Positions 40,000 through 51,885 of a DNA stretch of 64,000 bases are shown piece after piece. The notes beneath the pieces were generated by a model, which was not told where the DNA came from, ran no database searches, and saw only the letters and a program-made list of their open reading frames with translations. Position 1 is the stretch's first letter. Every line of letters starts with the position of its first letter. Source of the DNA: Pseudomonadota bacterium. GTDB taxonomy: Bacteria; Pseudomonadota; Gammaproteobacteria; Chromatiales; Chromatiaceae. The DNA is taken from positions 6,243-70,242 of the forward strand of contig JAYEJW010000243.1 in the NCBI GenBank assembly GCA_034716535.1. The letters run 5' to 3'. The position numbers and the translations under genes were made by a program.

Positions 40000-40204
40000 T
40001 GATGGATGTCCGTTGTCGAGATTGACAAATTACCAGGGACCTTGGGTTTTCAAGGTCCCGAGCGCCGCGCCGCAGCTGGCGGCATGGATAAAATTTCTAA
40101 TTCTATCGCCTGCATATACGCTTTCCTAGGGTCGGGGTTGGAATTCCCGTGACTTCGGGTAACATGTCGCGGCGACAAGTCAGGCCAGTTCAGGAGGCAT
40201 ATCC

Positions 40205-40762
40205 GTGGTTTCATTGCAGACCCCAGTGTGTGAGTTCGGCAGGCCAGCACCGAATTTCTCGCTTCGCGGTGTGGACGGCAGGACCTGGACCCGCGATCAG
40301 TGCAGAGGCGAGAGGGGCCTGCTCGTCATGTTCATCTGCAACCATTGTCCTTACGTCAAGGCGGTTCGCGAACGCATTGTCCGCGATGCCCGCGAATTGG
40401 TGCAGCAGGGTATCGGTTGTGTTGCAATCATGTCCAACGATCCGTCCGATTATCGCGAGGATTCCTTCGAGAACATGCGGCGGGTGGCGGAAGAGCACGG
40501 GTTCCCGTTCCCCTATCTGGTCGACGAGACACAAGAGGTCGCGAAGGCTTACGGGGCCGTGTGTACGCCGGACTTCTTTGGCTACGACGCCGGGCTGGGC
40601 TTACAGTACCGTGGACGGCTGGACGAGAGTCGCAAGGAGGCAGCCCCCCCAGGGGTCAAGCGCGACCTGTTCGAGGCCATGAAGCAGGTGGCTGAGACTG
40701 GTAACGGACCGCGCGACCAGCTTCCCAGCGTCGGCTGCTCCATCAAGTGGAAGGAGTCCTGA
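40205..40762 (+). CDS. Thioredoxin-fold (AhpC/TSA-TlpA-like) thiol-disulfide oxidoreductase
   Basis: GTG start with SD AGGAGG 7 nt upstream. APNFSLRGVDG...LLVMFICNHCPYV (CxxC)...VAIMSNDP...FPFPYLVDETQEVAKAYGA. Confidence 0.75.
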   Translation: MVSLQTPVCEFGRPAPNFSLRGVDGRTWTRDQCRGERGLLVMFICNHCPYVKAVRERIVRDARELVQQGIGCVAIMSNDPSDYREDSFENMRRVAEEHGFPFPYLVDETQEVAKAYGAVCTPDFFGYDAGLGLQYRGRLDESRKEAAPPGVKRDLFEAMKQVAETGNGPRDQLPSVGCSIKWKES

Positions 40763-41155
40763 AGCTGGACAACAGCTGAAAGCGCGCCGCCTGCCGCGGG
40801 TCAGCCGAGGGGCTCGTTGCTGCCGATGGCCCCCTGCGGTCGGGAACGCTTCCGGCCCGCGCGTCCGTCAATAAATCGAAATATAAGGAAGTTATAAATC
40901 AATTTTTGACCGCATAAGGTGAGTTTCTTTGAAGAGACCCGCCTGGTTGCGTCAGAATAGGCGACCGTTCAAATCTTCTGGTTGCCGGCTCCGTTCGGGG
41001 AGGGGTTGCCGGGGCAACGAATCAGATGCCGGCCGTATCCGGAGCGGAACGCCCATTTTCGTCGTTTCCCTCCTACCACTCGTCGTAGGTTCGCCGCTCG
41101 GGCCCGCTTGCGGCTGGCGGAACGCTTTGGTCATTGTTTACAGAGGAGGGGTTAA

Positions 41156-43162
41156 ATGTCCTCACGCAGAGAGCTCGCTAACGCCGTCCGCGCCCTAAGC
41201 ATGGATGCGGTCCAAAAAGCCAAGTCCGGCCATCCGGGCGCCCCCATGGGCATGGCCGACATCGCCGAGGTGCTGTGGAACGACTTCATGCAGCACAATC
41301 CGGCGAATCCGGGTTGGGCCAACCGCGACCGCTTCGTGCTGTCCAATGGTCACGGCTCCATGCTCATTTACTCCCTGCTGCACCTGACCGGCTACGGTCT
41401 GGGCATCGACGATCTGAAGTCATTCCGTCAGCTTCACTCCAGGACGCCGGGGCACCCCGAGTACGGCTACGCGCCGGGTGTGGAGACGACCACCGGTCCG
41501 CTGGGACAGGGCATCACCAATGGCGTGGGCATGGCGCTGGCGGAGAAGGTGCTGGCCGGCCAGTTCAACAAGCCGGGCCACGAGATCGTTGACCATTACA
41601 CCTATGTGTTCCTGGGCGATGGCTGCCTCATGGAAGGCATCTCCCACGAGGCATGCTCGCTGGCGGGTGCCCTCGGTCTGGGTAAGCTGATCGCCGTCTA
41701 CGACGACAACAACATTTCCATCGACGGCGAGGTCCGCGGTCATGGCGACACCCCGGCCTGGTTCCTCGACGACACCCCCAAGCGCTTCGATGCCTATGGC
41801 TGGCACGTGATCCCCGTGGTGGACGGTCACGATTCGGAGGCCGTCAAGGCCGCCATCGAAGAGGCCCGCTCGGTGACCGACAAGCCGTCGCTCATCTGCT
41901 GCCAGACCATTATCGGCTATGGCTCGCCCAACAAGCAGGGGAAGGAAGATTGCCACGGCGCGCCCCTGGGCGACGACGAGATCGCCCTGACCCGCGAGTC
42001 CATCGGCTGGGGCCACGCCCCCTTCCATGTGCCCGATGCCATCTACGCCGGCTGGGACGCGAAGGAGGCCGGCGCCAGGGCCGAGTCCGACTGGAACGAG
42101 CGTTTCTCCGGCTATGCCGACGCCTACCCGGCCGAGGCCGCCGAGTTCGAGCGCCGCATGGCCGGAGAGCTGCCGGCTGACTGGGAGGTGCAGGCCCAGG
42201 CATTCGTCGATTCGGTGGTGGAGAAGGGCGAGACCATCGCATCGCGGAAGGCCTCACAGAATGCCCTGAACGGTTTGGGCCCGCTGCTGCCCGAGTTCCT
42301 CGGCGGCTCCGCCGATCTGGCCGGCTCCAACCTGACTATCTGGAAGGGCTGCAAGGGCGTCGGCAAGGAAAATGCCTCCGGCAATTACCTGTACTACGGC
42401 GTGCGCGAATTCGGCATGTCCGCCATCATGAACGGTGTGGCCCTGCATGGCGGCTTCATCCCCTACGGCGCAACCTTCCTGATGTTCTCGGAGTACGCCC
42501 GTAACGCGCTGCGCATGGCGGCACTGATGAAGATCCGGTCGATCTTCGTCTACACGCACGACTCCGTCGGTCTGGGCGAGGATGGCCCGACCCATCAGCC
42601 CGTCGAGCAGGTCCCGACCCTGCGCATGATCCCTAACATGAACGTGTGGCGTCCCTGCGACGCGGTCGAGTCGGCCGTCTCCTGGAAGGCCGCCATCGAG
42701 CGCAAGGACGGCCCGAGCAGTCTGATCTTCTCGCGTCAGGGGCTGGCCCACATGGACCGCACCGATGCGCAGATCGCCGACATCGCCCGTGGTGGCTACG
42801 TGTTGCGCGACTGCGACGGTACCCCGGACGCCATCATCATCGCCACCGGCTCCGAGGTCAAGCTGGCGGTCAAGGCCGCCGAGGCCATGGCTGACCGCGC
42901 CGTCCGCGTGGTGTCCATGCCCTCCACCGATGTCTTCGACGTCCAGGACGCCGACTACAAGGAGTCCGTGCTGCCGAGCGCCGTGACCGCCCGCGTCGCG
43001 GTCGAGGCCGCGGTTACCGACGGCTGGTGGAAGTATGTGGGCAGCCAGGGCGCCGTGGTCGGCATCAACCGCTTCGGCGAGTCCGCTCCGGCCGGCGAGC
43101 TCTTCAAGGAGTTCGGCTTCACCGTGGACAATGTCGTGTCCACCGTGAAGGGCGTTCTCTGA
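41156..43162 (+). CDS. tkt: Transketolase
   Basis: [30 protein letters not shown], the ThDP motif [13 protein letters not shown], and a 668-aa length. Confidence 0.97.
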   Translation: MSSRRELANAVRALSMDAVQKAKSGHPGAPMGMADIAEVLWNDFMQHNPANPGWANRDRFVLSNGHGSMLIYSLLHLTGYGLGIDDLKSFRQLHSRTPGHPEYGYAPGVETTTGPLGQGITNGVGMALAEKVLAGQFNKPGHEIVDHYTYVFLGDGCLMEGISHEACSLAGALGLGKLIAVYDDNNISIDGEVRGHGDTPAWFLDDTPKRFDAYGWHVIPVVDGHDSEAVKAAIEEARSVTDKPSLICCQTIIGYGSPNKQGKEDCHGAPLGDDEIALTRESIGWGHAPFHVPDAIYAGWDAKEAGARAESDWNERFSGYADAYPAEAAEFERRMAGELPADWEVQAQAFVDSVVEKGETIASRKASQNALNGLGPLLPEFLGGSADLAGSNLTIWKGCKGVGKENASGNYLYYGVREFGMSAIMNGVALHGGFIPYGATFLMFSEYARNALRMAALMKIRSIFVYTHDSVGLGEDGPTHQPVEQVPTLRMIPNMNVWRPCDAVESAVSWKAAIERKDGPSSLIFSRQGLAHMDRTDAQIADIARGGYVLRDCDGTPDAIIIATGSEVKLAVKAAEAMADRAVRVVSMPSTDVFDVQDADYKESVLPSAVTARVAVEAAVTDGWWKYVGSQGAVVGINRFGESAPAGELFKEFGFTVDNVVSTVKGVL

Positions 43163-43181
43163 ATCCGAAAACAGGGGGTAG

Positions 43182-44264
<1,083 letters not shown>

Positions 44265-44463
44265 GCTGCGGTCAGCACTCAGCTGTCAGCTGATAAAGAC
44301 ATTGGTGGCCGGCGAGAGCTGGCCACCAATTCAACCAAAGCTGATCGCTGAAAGCCGAACGCAGACAGCTAAACGCTGAAAGCTGCCGTTACAGAACGAT
44401 GCGCCAAGCCCCGCGGCTTGTCAGATCGTTTTTCAGAGCCAACACCCCCGGAGGACCCCTCCC

Positions 44464-45645
44464 ATGTCTTTCATCAAATTGACCGATCTCGATCTCGCCG
44501 GTAAGCGCGTTCTGATCCGGGCCGACCTCAACGTCCCCGTCAAGGACGGCAAGGTGACCTCCGACGCCCGCATCACCGCCTCCATGCCCACGGTCGAGCA
44601 CTGTATGAAGGCCGGCGCGAAGGTCATGGTCTTCTCCCACCGCGGCCGCCCGGAAGAGGGTGTCGTCGACGAGGAGAACTCCATGCAGCCCATCGCCGAC
44701 GACATGTCCGCCAAGCTCGGCAAGACCGTCCCGCTGGTCAAGGATTACCTGGACAACGCCCCAAACCTGGGGGACGGTGAGGTTGTCCTGCTGGAAAACG
44801 TGCGCTTCAACAAGGGCGAGAAGAAGGATAACGAAGAGTTGGCCAGAAAGTATGCCGCCCTTTGCGACCTGTTCGTGATGGACGCCTTCGGTACCGCCCA
44901 CCGCGCTCAGGCATCCACCCACGGCGCCGGGAAGTTCGCCCCGGTGGCCTGTGCCGGCCTGCTGCTGGCCGAGGAGCTCGACGCCCTGGGTAAGGCCCTG
45001 GCCAACCCGGCGCGGCCCATGGTCGCGATCGTCGGCGGCTCGAAGGTCTCGACCAAGCTCACCGTGCTCGAGGCCCTGTCCGAGAAGGTGGACCAGCTCG
45101 TGGTCGGTGGCGGCATCGCCAATACCTTCCTCGCCGCCTCCGGTTACAACGTGGGCAAGTCGCTCTGCGAGCACGACCTGATCCCCACCGCCAAGGCGCT
45201 CATGGAGAAGATGACCGCCCGCGGCGCCACCATCCCCATTGCGGTGGACGTGGTGTGTGGCAAGAACTTCTCCGAGACCGAGCCGGCCGTTCTCAAGGAC
45301 GCGTCCGACGTGGTCGATGACGATATGATCTTCGATATCGGCCCGAAATCCGCCCAGGAGCTGGCAGACATCATCGCCAAGGCGGGGACCATCGTCTGGA
45401 ACGGCCCGGTCGGCGTGTTCGAGTTCGATCAGTTCGGCGAGGGAACCAAGACTGTGTCCATGGCCATCGCCAATGCGTCCGGCTTCAGCCTGGCCGGCGG
45501 CGGCGACACGATCGCTGCCATCCAGAAGTACGACATCTACGACAAGGTGTCTTATATCTCCACCGCCGGCGGCGCCTTCCTGGAGTACCTGGAAGGCAAG
45601 ACCCTGCCTGCCGTGGCCATGCTGGAACAGCGGGCGAAGGACTGA
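44464..45645 (+). CDS. pgk: Phosphoglycerate kinase
   Basis: [19 protein letters not shown] (cf. canonical SHLGRP), GGGDT, and [14 protein letters not shown] motifs. Confidence 0.97.
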   Translation: MSFIKLTDLDLAGKRVLIRADLNVPVKDGKVTSDARITASMPTVEHCMKAGAKVMVFSHRGRPEEGVVDEENSMQPIADDMSAKLGKTVPLVKDYLDNAPNLGDGEVVLLENVRFNKGEKKDNEELARKYAALCDLFVMDAFGTAHRAQASTHGAGKFAPVACAGLLLAEELDALGKALANPARPMVAIVGGSKVSTKLTVLEALSEKVDQLVVGGGIANTFLAASGYNVGKSLCEHDLIPTAKALMEKMTARGATIPIAVDVVCGKNFSETEPAVLKDASDVVDDDMIFDIGPKSAQELADIIAKAGTIVWNGPVGVFEFDQFGEGTKTVSMAIANASGFSLAGGGDTIAAIQKYDIYDKVSYISTAGGAFLEYLEGKTLPAVAMLEQRAKD

Positions 45646-45719
45646 AGGTAGGAGCGGCGCCCTTGCCGCGATTGGCACGCTGATCGCGCCGGGTACGGCG
45701 CTCCTACAGTCGAATTTCT

Positions 45720-47168
45720 ATGCCCAGACGCACAAAGATCGTCGCCACCCTCGGGCCCGCCACGGACGATGTCGAGGTCCTGGACGAGCTGGTTGCTGCC
45801 GGTGTCGACGTCGTCCGTCTCAATCTCTCCCACGATTCCCACGAGCGGCATCGGGAACGGGCCGAACAGATCCGCGATCGTGCTTGGGCATCGGGGCGCC
45901 AGGTCGCGGTCCTGGTCGACCTGCAGGGCCCGAAGATCCGCATCGGGCGCTTCGGCGCCGGAGCGGTCGAGCTCGCCGCCGGTGACAGCTTCTGTCTCGA
46001 TGCCGACTGCCCCCTCGACGCCGGCGATTCCAGTCGGGTGGGCACCACCTACCGGGAGCTGGCCGACGACGTGGCGCGCGGCGACACCCTGCTACTCGAC
46101 GACGGCGCCATCGAGCTATGGGTCGACGATGTCACCGGTCGCAGCATCCGCTGCAAAGTGATCGTCGGGGGAAGGCTTTCGAACAGTAAGGGCATCAACA
46201 AGAAGGGCGGTGGGCTGTCCGCTCCGGCCCTGACCGAGAAAGACAAAGAGGATATCCGCTTTGCGGCCCAGATCGAAGCCGACTATCTGGCGGTGTCATT
46301 CGTGCGCAGCGGCGATGACGTCCGCATGGCCCGGGAGCTGTTTCAGGAGGCCGGGGGCAAGGGTGGAATCGTGGCCAAGATCGAGCGTGCAGAGGCCCTG
46401 CGCGGGATCGAGGACATCGTCATGGCGGCGGACGTCATCATGGTCGCCCGCGGTGATCTCGGCGTGGAGATCGGCGATGCGGAGTTGCCTGCGGTGCAAA
46501 AACGCATTATCCACAAGGCACGCGAGATGAACAGCGTGGTCGTCACCGCAACCCAGATGATGCAGTCCATGATCGAGAACCCGATCCCGACCCGGGCGGA
46601 GGTCTTCGACGTGGCGAACGCGGTGCTGGACGGCACCGATGCAGTGATGCTTTCCGCCGAGACCTCGGTGGGCCGGTACCCGCCCAAAGTAGTGGAGGCC
46701 ATGCACCGCATCTGCCAGGAGGCGGAGAAGCACGCCATCGCCCGCCGTTCCAGTCACCGTCTCGATACCGTTTTCGGCCGCGTGGACGAGGCCATCGCCA
46801 TGTCCACCATGTACACCGCCAACCACCTGGGGGTGAAGGCCATCGCCGCGCTGACCGAGACCGGCTCCACCGTCAAGTGGATGTCGCGCATCAGCTCCGG
46901 CATCCCCATCTACGCCTTGACGCGTCATGTGGCGACGCGTAGAAAAGTCACTCTTTTTCGCGGCGTGTATCCGGTAAGCTTCGATGTGGCAAGCACGGAC
47001 ATCCACGAGGTCAATCGCGAGGTCGTCGAGGAACTGCTGCGTCGCGGCACGGTGCGGGAAGGCGACCTGGTGATCATCACCAAAGGCGACCGCTCCGGTG
47101 TCGAAGGACAGACCAATATCATGAAAATCATGCGGGTCGGGGAGCACGCGCTCCTTGCCGAGGACTAG
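45720..47168 (+). CDS. pyk: Pyruvate kinase
   Basis: RRTKIVATLGPA, the MVARGDLGVEI motif, and ATQMMQSM. 482 aa. Confidence 0.95.
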   Translation: MPRRTKIVATLGPATDDVEVLDELVAAGVDVVRLNLSHDSHERHRERAEQIRDRAWASGRQVAVLVDLQGPKIRIGRFGAGAVELAAGDSFCLDADCPLDAGDSSRVGTTYRELADDVARGDTLLLDDGAIELWVDDVTGRSIRCKVIVGGRLSNSKGINKKGGGLSAPALTEKDKEDIRFAAQIEADYLAVSFVRSGDDVRMARELFQEAGGKGGIVAKIERAEALRGIEDIVMAADVIMVARGDLGVEIGDAELPAVQKRIIHKAREMNSVVVTATQMMQSMIENPIPTRAEVFDVANAVLDGTDAVMLSAETSVGRYPPKVVEAMHRICQEAEKHAIARRSSHRLDTVFGRVDEAIAMSTMYTANHLGVKAIAALTETGSTVKWMSRISSGIPIYALTRHVATRRKVTLFRGVYPVSFDVASTDIHEVNREVVEELLRRGTVREGDLVIITKGDRSGVEGQTNIMKIMRVGEHALLAED

Positions 47169-47219
47169 CCCGATCCAACCCCCAACTCAACCCGATAGCT
47201 GATACGAGGAGACCTAAAA

Positions 47220-48284
47220 ATGGCCCTAATCTCACTGCGTCAGATGCTGGATCACGCCGCGGAGCACGGCTACGGCGTCCCGGCCTACAACGTCAACAAC
47301 CTGGAGCAGATGCGCGCCATCATGGAGGCCGCCGACGAGACCGACTCCCCGGTCATCGTACAGGCTTCTGCGGGTGCCCGTAGTTACGCCGGCGCCCCCT
47401 TCCTGCGTCATCTCATCCTGGCCGCCATCGAGGAGTGGCCGCACATCCCCGTGTGCATGCACCAGGACCACGGGACCTCGGCCGCCGTGTGCCAGCGCTC
47501 CATTCAGCTCGGTTTCTCCTCGGTCATGATGGACGGCTCCTTGGGGGAGGACGGTAAGACCCCCGCCAGCTACGACTACAACGTGGACGTGACCAAGACC
47601 GTCGTCACGATGTCTCACTCCTGCGGCGTCTCCGTCGAGGGCGAGCTGGGCTGCCTCGGCTCCCTGGAGACCGGCCAAGCCGGCGAAGAGGACGGAATCG
47701 GGGCTGAGGGTATTCTGTCCCACGATCAGATGCTGACGGATCCGGAAGAGGCCGCCGACTTCGTGAAGAAGACCGGGGTGGATGCCCTGGCCATCGCGAT
47801 CGGCACCTCCCACGGCGCTTACAAGTTCACCCGGCCGCCGACGGGCGACATCCTGGCCATCGAGCGTGTCAAGGAGATCAATGCCCGCATCCCCAACACC
47901 CATCTCGTGATGCACGGCTCCTCCTCCGTACCGCAGGACTGGCTGGCCATCATCAACGAGTACGGCGGCGACATGGGCGAGACCTACGGCGTTCCCGTCG
48001 AGGAGATCGTCGAGGGCATCAAGCACGGTGTGCGCAAGGTCAACATCGACACCGACTTGCGTATGGCGTCCACCGGCGCCATCCGTAAGCACCTGCACGA
48101 CAACCCGTCGAACTTCGACCCCCGCAAGTACTTCACCGCCGCCACCAAGGCGATGAAGGACATCTGTAAGGCGCGCTACGAAGCCTTCGGTACCGCCGGC
48201 AACGCATCGAAGATCACGCCGATCTCATTGGAGGCCATGACAGGGCGTTACGCGACCGGCGAGATGGATCCCAAGGTCAACTGA
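47220..48284 (+). CDS. fba: Fructose-bisphosphate aldolase, class II (Calvin-cycle/CbbA-like subtype)
   Basis: [19 protein letters not shown], and [10 protein letters not shown] motifs. 354 aa. It is the last gene of the tkt-gap-pgk-pyk-fba string. Confidence 0.95.
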   Translation: MALISLRQMLDHAAEHGYGVPAYNVNNLEQMRAIMEAADETDSPVIVQASAGARSYAGAPFLRHLILAAIEEWPHIPVCMHQDHGTSAAVCQRSIQLGFSSVMMDGSLGEDGKTPASYDYNVDVTKTVVTMSHSCGVSVEGELGCLGSLETGQAGEEDGIGAEGILSHDQMLTDPEEAADFVKKTGVDALAIAIGTSHGAYKFTRPPTGDILAIERVKEINARIPNTHLVMHGSSSVPQDWLAIINEYGGDMGETYGVPVEEIVEGIKHGVRKVNIDTDLRMASTGAIRKHLHDNPSNFDPRKYFTAATKAMKDICKARYEAFGTAGNASKITPISLEAMTGRYATGEMDPKVN

Positions 48285-48311
48285 CCTCATTCCAGCTTAC
48301 AACGAGGGAAA

Positions 48312-48339
48312 GGGGCGCTTCGGCGCCCCTTTTCTTTTC
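48312..48339 (+). terminator. Rho-independent terminator after fba
   Basis: GGGGCGC-TTCG-GCGCCCC followed by TTTTCTTTT, 28 nt after the fba stop. Confidence 0.85.
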
Positions 48340-48388
48340 GGCTTCGGATATCTGTATAGTCTCAAGAGAGTTATGCGGTGAGCGATCG

Positions 48389-48784
48389 ATGTACGACAGG
48401 TTCAAATTCCCTTGTCCCTGCTGCGGCTACCTGAGCTTCGACTTCGAGCCAGGACACCACCAGATCTGTCCCATCTGCGGTTGGGAGGACGACCTCTCCC
48501 AGTTGCGTTTCCCGCTCATGCCGGGGAGCAGCAACACCGTCAGTCTGCAGGAAGCCCAGCGCAACTTCAGTGACTACGGTGCCTCGGAGCGGCGTAATCT
48601 CGGCCGTACCCGCAATCCTCTGGAAGATGAGGAGATCGATCGGGGATGGCGCCCCCTTGATCCAGAGGTCGACAACGTGGAGCGCCCCAGTCGCGGCAAC
48701 GACTACGGCGACTCCTACCCCTGGCGTGATACGACGGTCCTCTATTATTGGCGCTCCACCTACTGGAGAAGGGTGGTTAGCTAA
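48389..48784 (+). CDS. Cysteine-rich CPCC-domain protein
   Basis: FPCPCCGYLSFDFEPGHHQICPICGWEDD matches the CPCC / CPxCxWEDD pattern of the Cys_rich_CPCC family. Confidence 0.65.
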   Translation: MYDRFKFPCPCCGYLSFDFEPGHHQICPICGWEDDLSQLRFPLMPGSSNTVSLQEAQRNFSDYGASERRNLGRTRNPLEDEEIDRGWRPLDPEVDNVERPSRGNDYGDSYPWRDTTVLYYWRSTYWRRVVS

Positions 48785-48803
48785 GGCAGCGCTGAAGATC
48801 CAG

Positions 48804-49370
48804 TTACCGCCGCCGCGGGCGATATTTTCGCCAGAGCAGGGTCCCTCCTAGGGCGATGATCGCCAACACAAGCATGGCGACGGCAGCGTCGTTGATGAAG
48901 GCGATACCGATACCGCTGAGGAAGAGAAATGCCCCAAAGATCGCCATGCGCCAGTCCTGGTGGACTCCCGCCAAAAAGGAGGTCAATCCAAGAAGATAGA
49001 TGATCATCAGGCCGGTGATCTGATCGTTCAGGAGTTGCTGAACATCGTGGAGAAACAGCAACCAAACGACGACGAAGAGTGCGCCCCAGTGCAACAGCTG
49101 CTTCAGGACGTAGGTCTTGCGACCGCGTGCGTCGGCTCCGGACCGGTTCCACCCCGCGATGATCGCGATGACGGCAAATACAGGGATCAAGGCCTGCCAA
49201 TAGGTGATGCTCGCGGCAGCGTCTACGTCTGTATAGGCGACCCCGACGACGGCGAGGGCGTAAAGGACCACGTACGGGAGCTCACGGACCAGGAGGCCCT
49301 TCAGTCCGCCTTGTCTTGGGGCGGCCGAGGACGCGGTGGAGGCAGGATTGGGCTGAGACACGGCAAGCAC
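48804..49370 (-). CDS. Hypothetical integral membrane protein (about 5 TM)
   Basis: 188-aa ORF with a regular succession of hydrophobic helices (YVVLYALAVVGVAY, ALIPVFAVIAIIAGW, WGALFVVVWLLFL, GLMIIYLLGLTSFLAG, IFGAFLFLSGIGIAFI, AMLVLAIIALGGTLLW). GTG start with GAAGAGGA upstream. No family recognised. Confidence 0.5.
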   Translation of the reverse strand: MLAVSQPNPASTASSAAPRQGGLKGLLVRELPYVVLYALAVVGVAYTDVDAAASITYWQALIPVFAVIAIIAGWNRSGADARGRKTYVLKQLLHWGALFVVVWLLFLHDVQQLLNDQITGLMIIYLLGLTSFLAGVHQDWRMAIFGAFLFLSGIGIAFINDAAVAMLVLAIIALGGTLLWRKYRPRRR

Positions 49371-49411
49371 TCCTCTTCACGGGTGTGGGGTACTGGAGGA
49401 CATACAATACT

Positions 49412-50347
49412 TCAAAAACGACAGATGGTTTCCCCGCCGTGCTCGATCCAGCCGTGGATCATCTTCTTGGTGGTGAAGTCGCTGGCGCAGCTCCCGTCTT
49501 TGTCGATCACGATCACGCCTCCGCGCCCCGTCACCTTGCGCCGCAGATAGTCCATGCCCTCCGACACGGCTGTGCGGGCGTCGCCCCCCTTGAAGTACAA
49601 GGCGTCCGAGATGGTTTTCGCGATGACGGTGCGCATGAAGTCCTCACCGTAGCCGGTGGCGGAAATGGCGCAGGTCTCGTTGTCGGCATAGACGCCGGCA
49701 CCGACGATTGGGGAATCGCCGACCCGTCCCATCCGCTTGTTGACGATGCCTCCGGTGGAGGTGGCGGCGGCAAGGTTTCCTTCCAGATCCCGAGCCACCG
49801 CACCGATGGTGCCGTATTTTTGTTCCTCGCCTGCGGTCTCCTCGTCGTCGTGATCGAGCATGATCCGGTGTCTGAATCGGGCCCGCTCCAGCTGGGCGAC
49901 GCGGTCCGGGGTGAGAAAATAGTGGTCCGGGGTGTGCGGCATGCCGCAATGCTCGGCAAAGCGCAGCGCCCCTTCGCCGATGAGCATCACATGCTCGCTC
50001 CCGTCCATGACCAGGCGTGCGAGCTGGACCGGGTTTGCGATATTGGAGATCGCCGCCACGGACCCGGCGGCTAGGTCGCGGCCGTCCATGATGCCCGCGT
50101 CCATTTCGACGCGGCCATACTCGTTGAGCACCGAGCCGCAACCGGCATTGAACATGGGATCGTCCTCCAACTGTGAGGCGCAGGTCTCGACTGCCTCGAC
50201 GGCGCTGGCGCCGCGGGAGAGAATCTCACGGCCGTGCTCGAGGATCACGCGCATGCTCTCCAGATAGCGAACGGCAATCTTGTCATCTTTGATGTTGTCC
50301 AGGGCACCGGCGCCGCCGTGGATCATGAGGGAGAAGGTCTTGTCCAT
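49412..50347 (-). CDS. Isoaspartyl peptidase / L-asparaginase (Ntn-hydrolase, IaaA-like)
   Basis: MDKTFSLMIHGGAGAL start at 50347; the longer ORF would begin inside the upstream terminator. Autoprocessing site GTIGAVARD, plus GAGVYADN. Confidence 0.85.
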   Translation of the reverse strand: MDKTFSLMIHGGAGALDNIKDDKIAVRYLESMRVILEHGREILSRGASAVEAVETCASQLEDDPMFNAGCGSVLNEYGRVEMDAGIMDGRDLAAGSVAAISNIANPVQLARLVMDGSEHVMLIGEGALRFAEHCGMPHTPDHYFLTPDRVAQLERARFRHRIMLDHDDEETAGEEQKYGTIGAVARDLEGNLAAATSTGGIVNKRMGRVGDSPIVGAGVYADNETCAISATGYGEDFMRTVIAKTISDALYFKGGDARTAVSEGMDYLRRKVTGRGGVIVIDKDGSCASDFTTKKMIHGWIEHGGETICRF

Positions 50348-50394
50348 TTTTTCTAACAACGAGCGGGATGCTCCCGCTTGTGGGAGCCTGAACA

Positions 50395-50420
50395 TGAAAA
50401 AGGCACCGCAGCCGGTGCCT
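50395..50420 (-). terminator. Rho-independent terminator after the ATP-grasp gene
   Basis: The minus strand reads AGGCACCG-GCTG-CGGTGCCT followed by TTTTTC, 48 nt after the ATP-grasp stop (50468). Confidence 0.65.
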
Positions 50421-50467
50421 TCTCCTGATTGGCGCGCTTTGTCTCGGCGCCGGGTGTGCGAACGCTA

Positions 50468-51586
50468 TCAAAGTCGACGCTGTAGTTCCAGCGCAAGCCG
50501 CTCCTGGACAGGCGGAGAGCCGGCGAGAAGAAACAGCACCTTGCCCACCAGAACCGGTCCCCAGTTCACCATGATCACCCCCTCGCCTTTGTGTGCGCTG
50601 TACTCGATCCCCATCAGGTCGATATCCGCGAGAGAACGATGCCGGGTACAGAAGGTGCGTGCGAGCCACTTGCGCAGTCCGAGCTTGCGGGCAATCCCCG
50701 TGGGGTAGGAGGCACCGTTGAAGCGCGGATTGCACTCGATGGCTGAATACTCGACGCCGCCGCTTTGCTCGACCACGGCTACGTCGAAGGCGAATACGCC
50801 ACGCATGCCTTCCCGGTACAGCCACTCGGCCATGGGCTCGATGCTTTCCCAGGGCTCATGACTCGCCGGGTAGCGGTTGCCCTGGTGGGCAAAGCCGTCG
50901 AGCACCTGCTCGGTGGCGGCGAGGCGATGGAGCCCGTCCGCGTCAACCTCGTACTGCAGGTTCAAGAAGATCTTGGAGACAACCTCCGCCTGCAGCTGAA
51001 CCGGCACGCCCGGCTCGAACCTGCGCATCGCGGCCCGCAGCTCGGGCTCGTTTGCACAGCGGTAGATGCCGACGCCCGAAACCGATACTGCGGCCTTGAG
51101 ATAGCAGGGGTAAGGGAAGTCCCTGATGTCGGCCTCCGGGATCGCTGCGACATCCGCGAAACACAACGTCTTCGGGACCGGAACGCCGAGCTCGTCCGCA
51201 AGTGCCATGAAGTTGTTCTTCGAGTTGATGAAGTCCACCGCCCGGAACCAGGCGTTGTCGGATCGGGCTTCCTGCTCGCCGGCTCCGAAGTAGAAAACCG
51301 AAATCTCGTCATGCGGATGCTCCGCCAGTCCGCGGTGCCGGACGTGCCAGAGTACGTCCTTCGTATGGGTGAGGCCTACCCGCCGGTAGTGATTTGAGAT
51401 GTAGGGCCATTGGGGCTCCAGGTCCGGGTGGAGTTGGATGATGTCGCCCGGTTCCGTCATCCCCAGGGCGCGCCCGGAGTACAGGTGATTCCCCACTACA
51501 CCGTCGGCGGTACAGCCCATGATGTCGTGATTGAAGATGCGCTGCGGCTCGAGGGCCGCCGCGGTTGCTGCAAGTGTCGCCGTCAT
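50468..51586 (-). CDS. ATP-grasp fold ligase of unknown specificity
   Basis: ATG at 51586 (SD GGGGAG upstream) gives 372 aa. ADELGVPVPKT...YPCYLKAAVSVSGVGIY...VQLQAEV...FAFDVAV...AIECNPRFNG fits the ATP-grasp central and C-terminal lobes. Confidence 0.65.
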   Translation of the reverse strand: MTATLAATAAALEPQRIFNHDIMGCTADGVVGNHLYSGRALGMTEPGDIIQLHPDLEPQWPYISNHYRRVGLTHTKDVLWHVRHRGLAEHPHDEISVFYFGAGEQEARSDNAWFRAVDFINSKNNFMALADELGVPVPKTLCFADVAAIPEADIRDFPYPCYLKAAVSVSGVGIYRCANEPELRAAMRRFEPGVPVQLQAEVVSKIFLNLQYEVDADGLHRLAATEQVLDGFAHQGNRYPASHEPWESIEPMAEWLYREGMRGVFAFDVAVVEQSGGVEYSAIECNPRFNGASYPTGIARKLGLRKWLARTFCTRHRSLADIDLMGIEYSAHKGEGVIMVNWGPVLVGKVLFLLAGSPPVQERLALELQRRL

Positions 51587-51885
51587 TGCTCGAAGCTCCC
51601 CTTTTCGCTCTTTATCCGGACATCGAGTCTTGCAAGAATCGAACCGCGCCTTTTGCCGGGCTTTTCGCCAAAAATCGGCTAGATATCGGTGCATACTCGG
51701 CTTCGGATGCACCAGAACCGGGCGTCAAGGGCTGGTGGATCCGGACTCGGAATTGCGGACCGAGCGAAGGGGGAGGTCGCAAGTACAGCAGCGTCTAAGT
51801 TTCTCCAACAGTCATGATGCCAGTAGGTTCTCTTCGCGCCCTTCGCGGCTTCGCGTGAGACTCTCTCTTGTTACGGAGTACTAGG

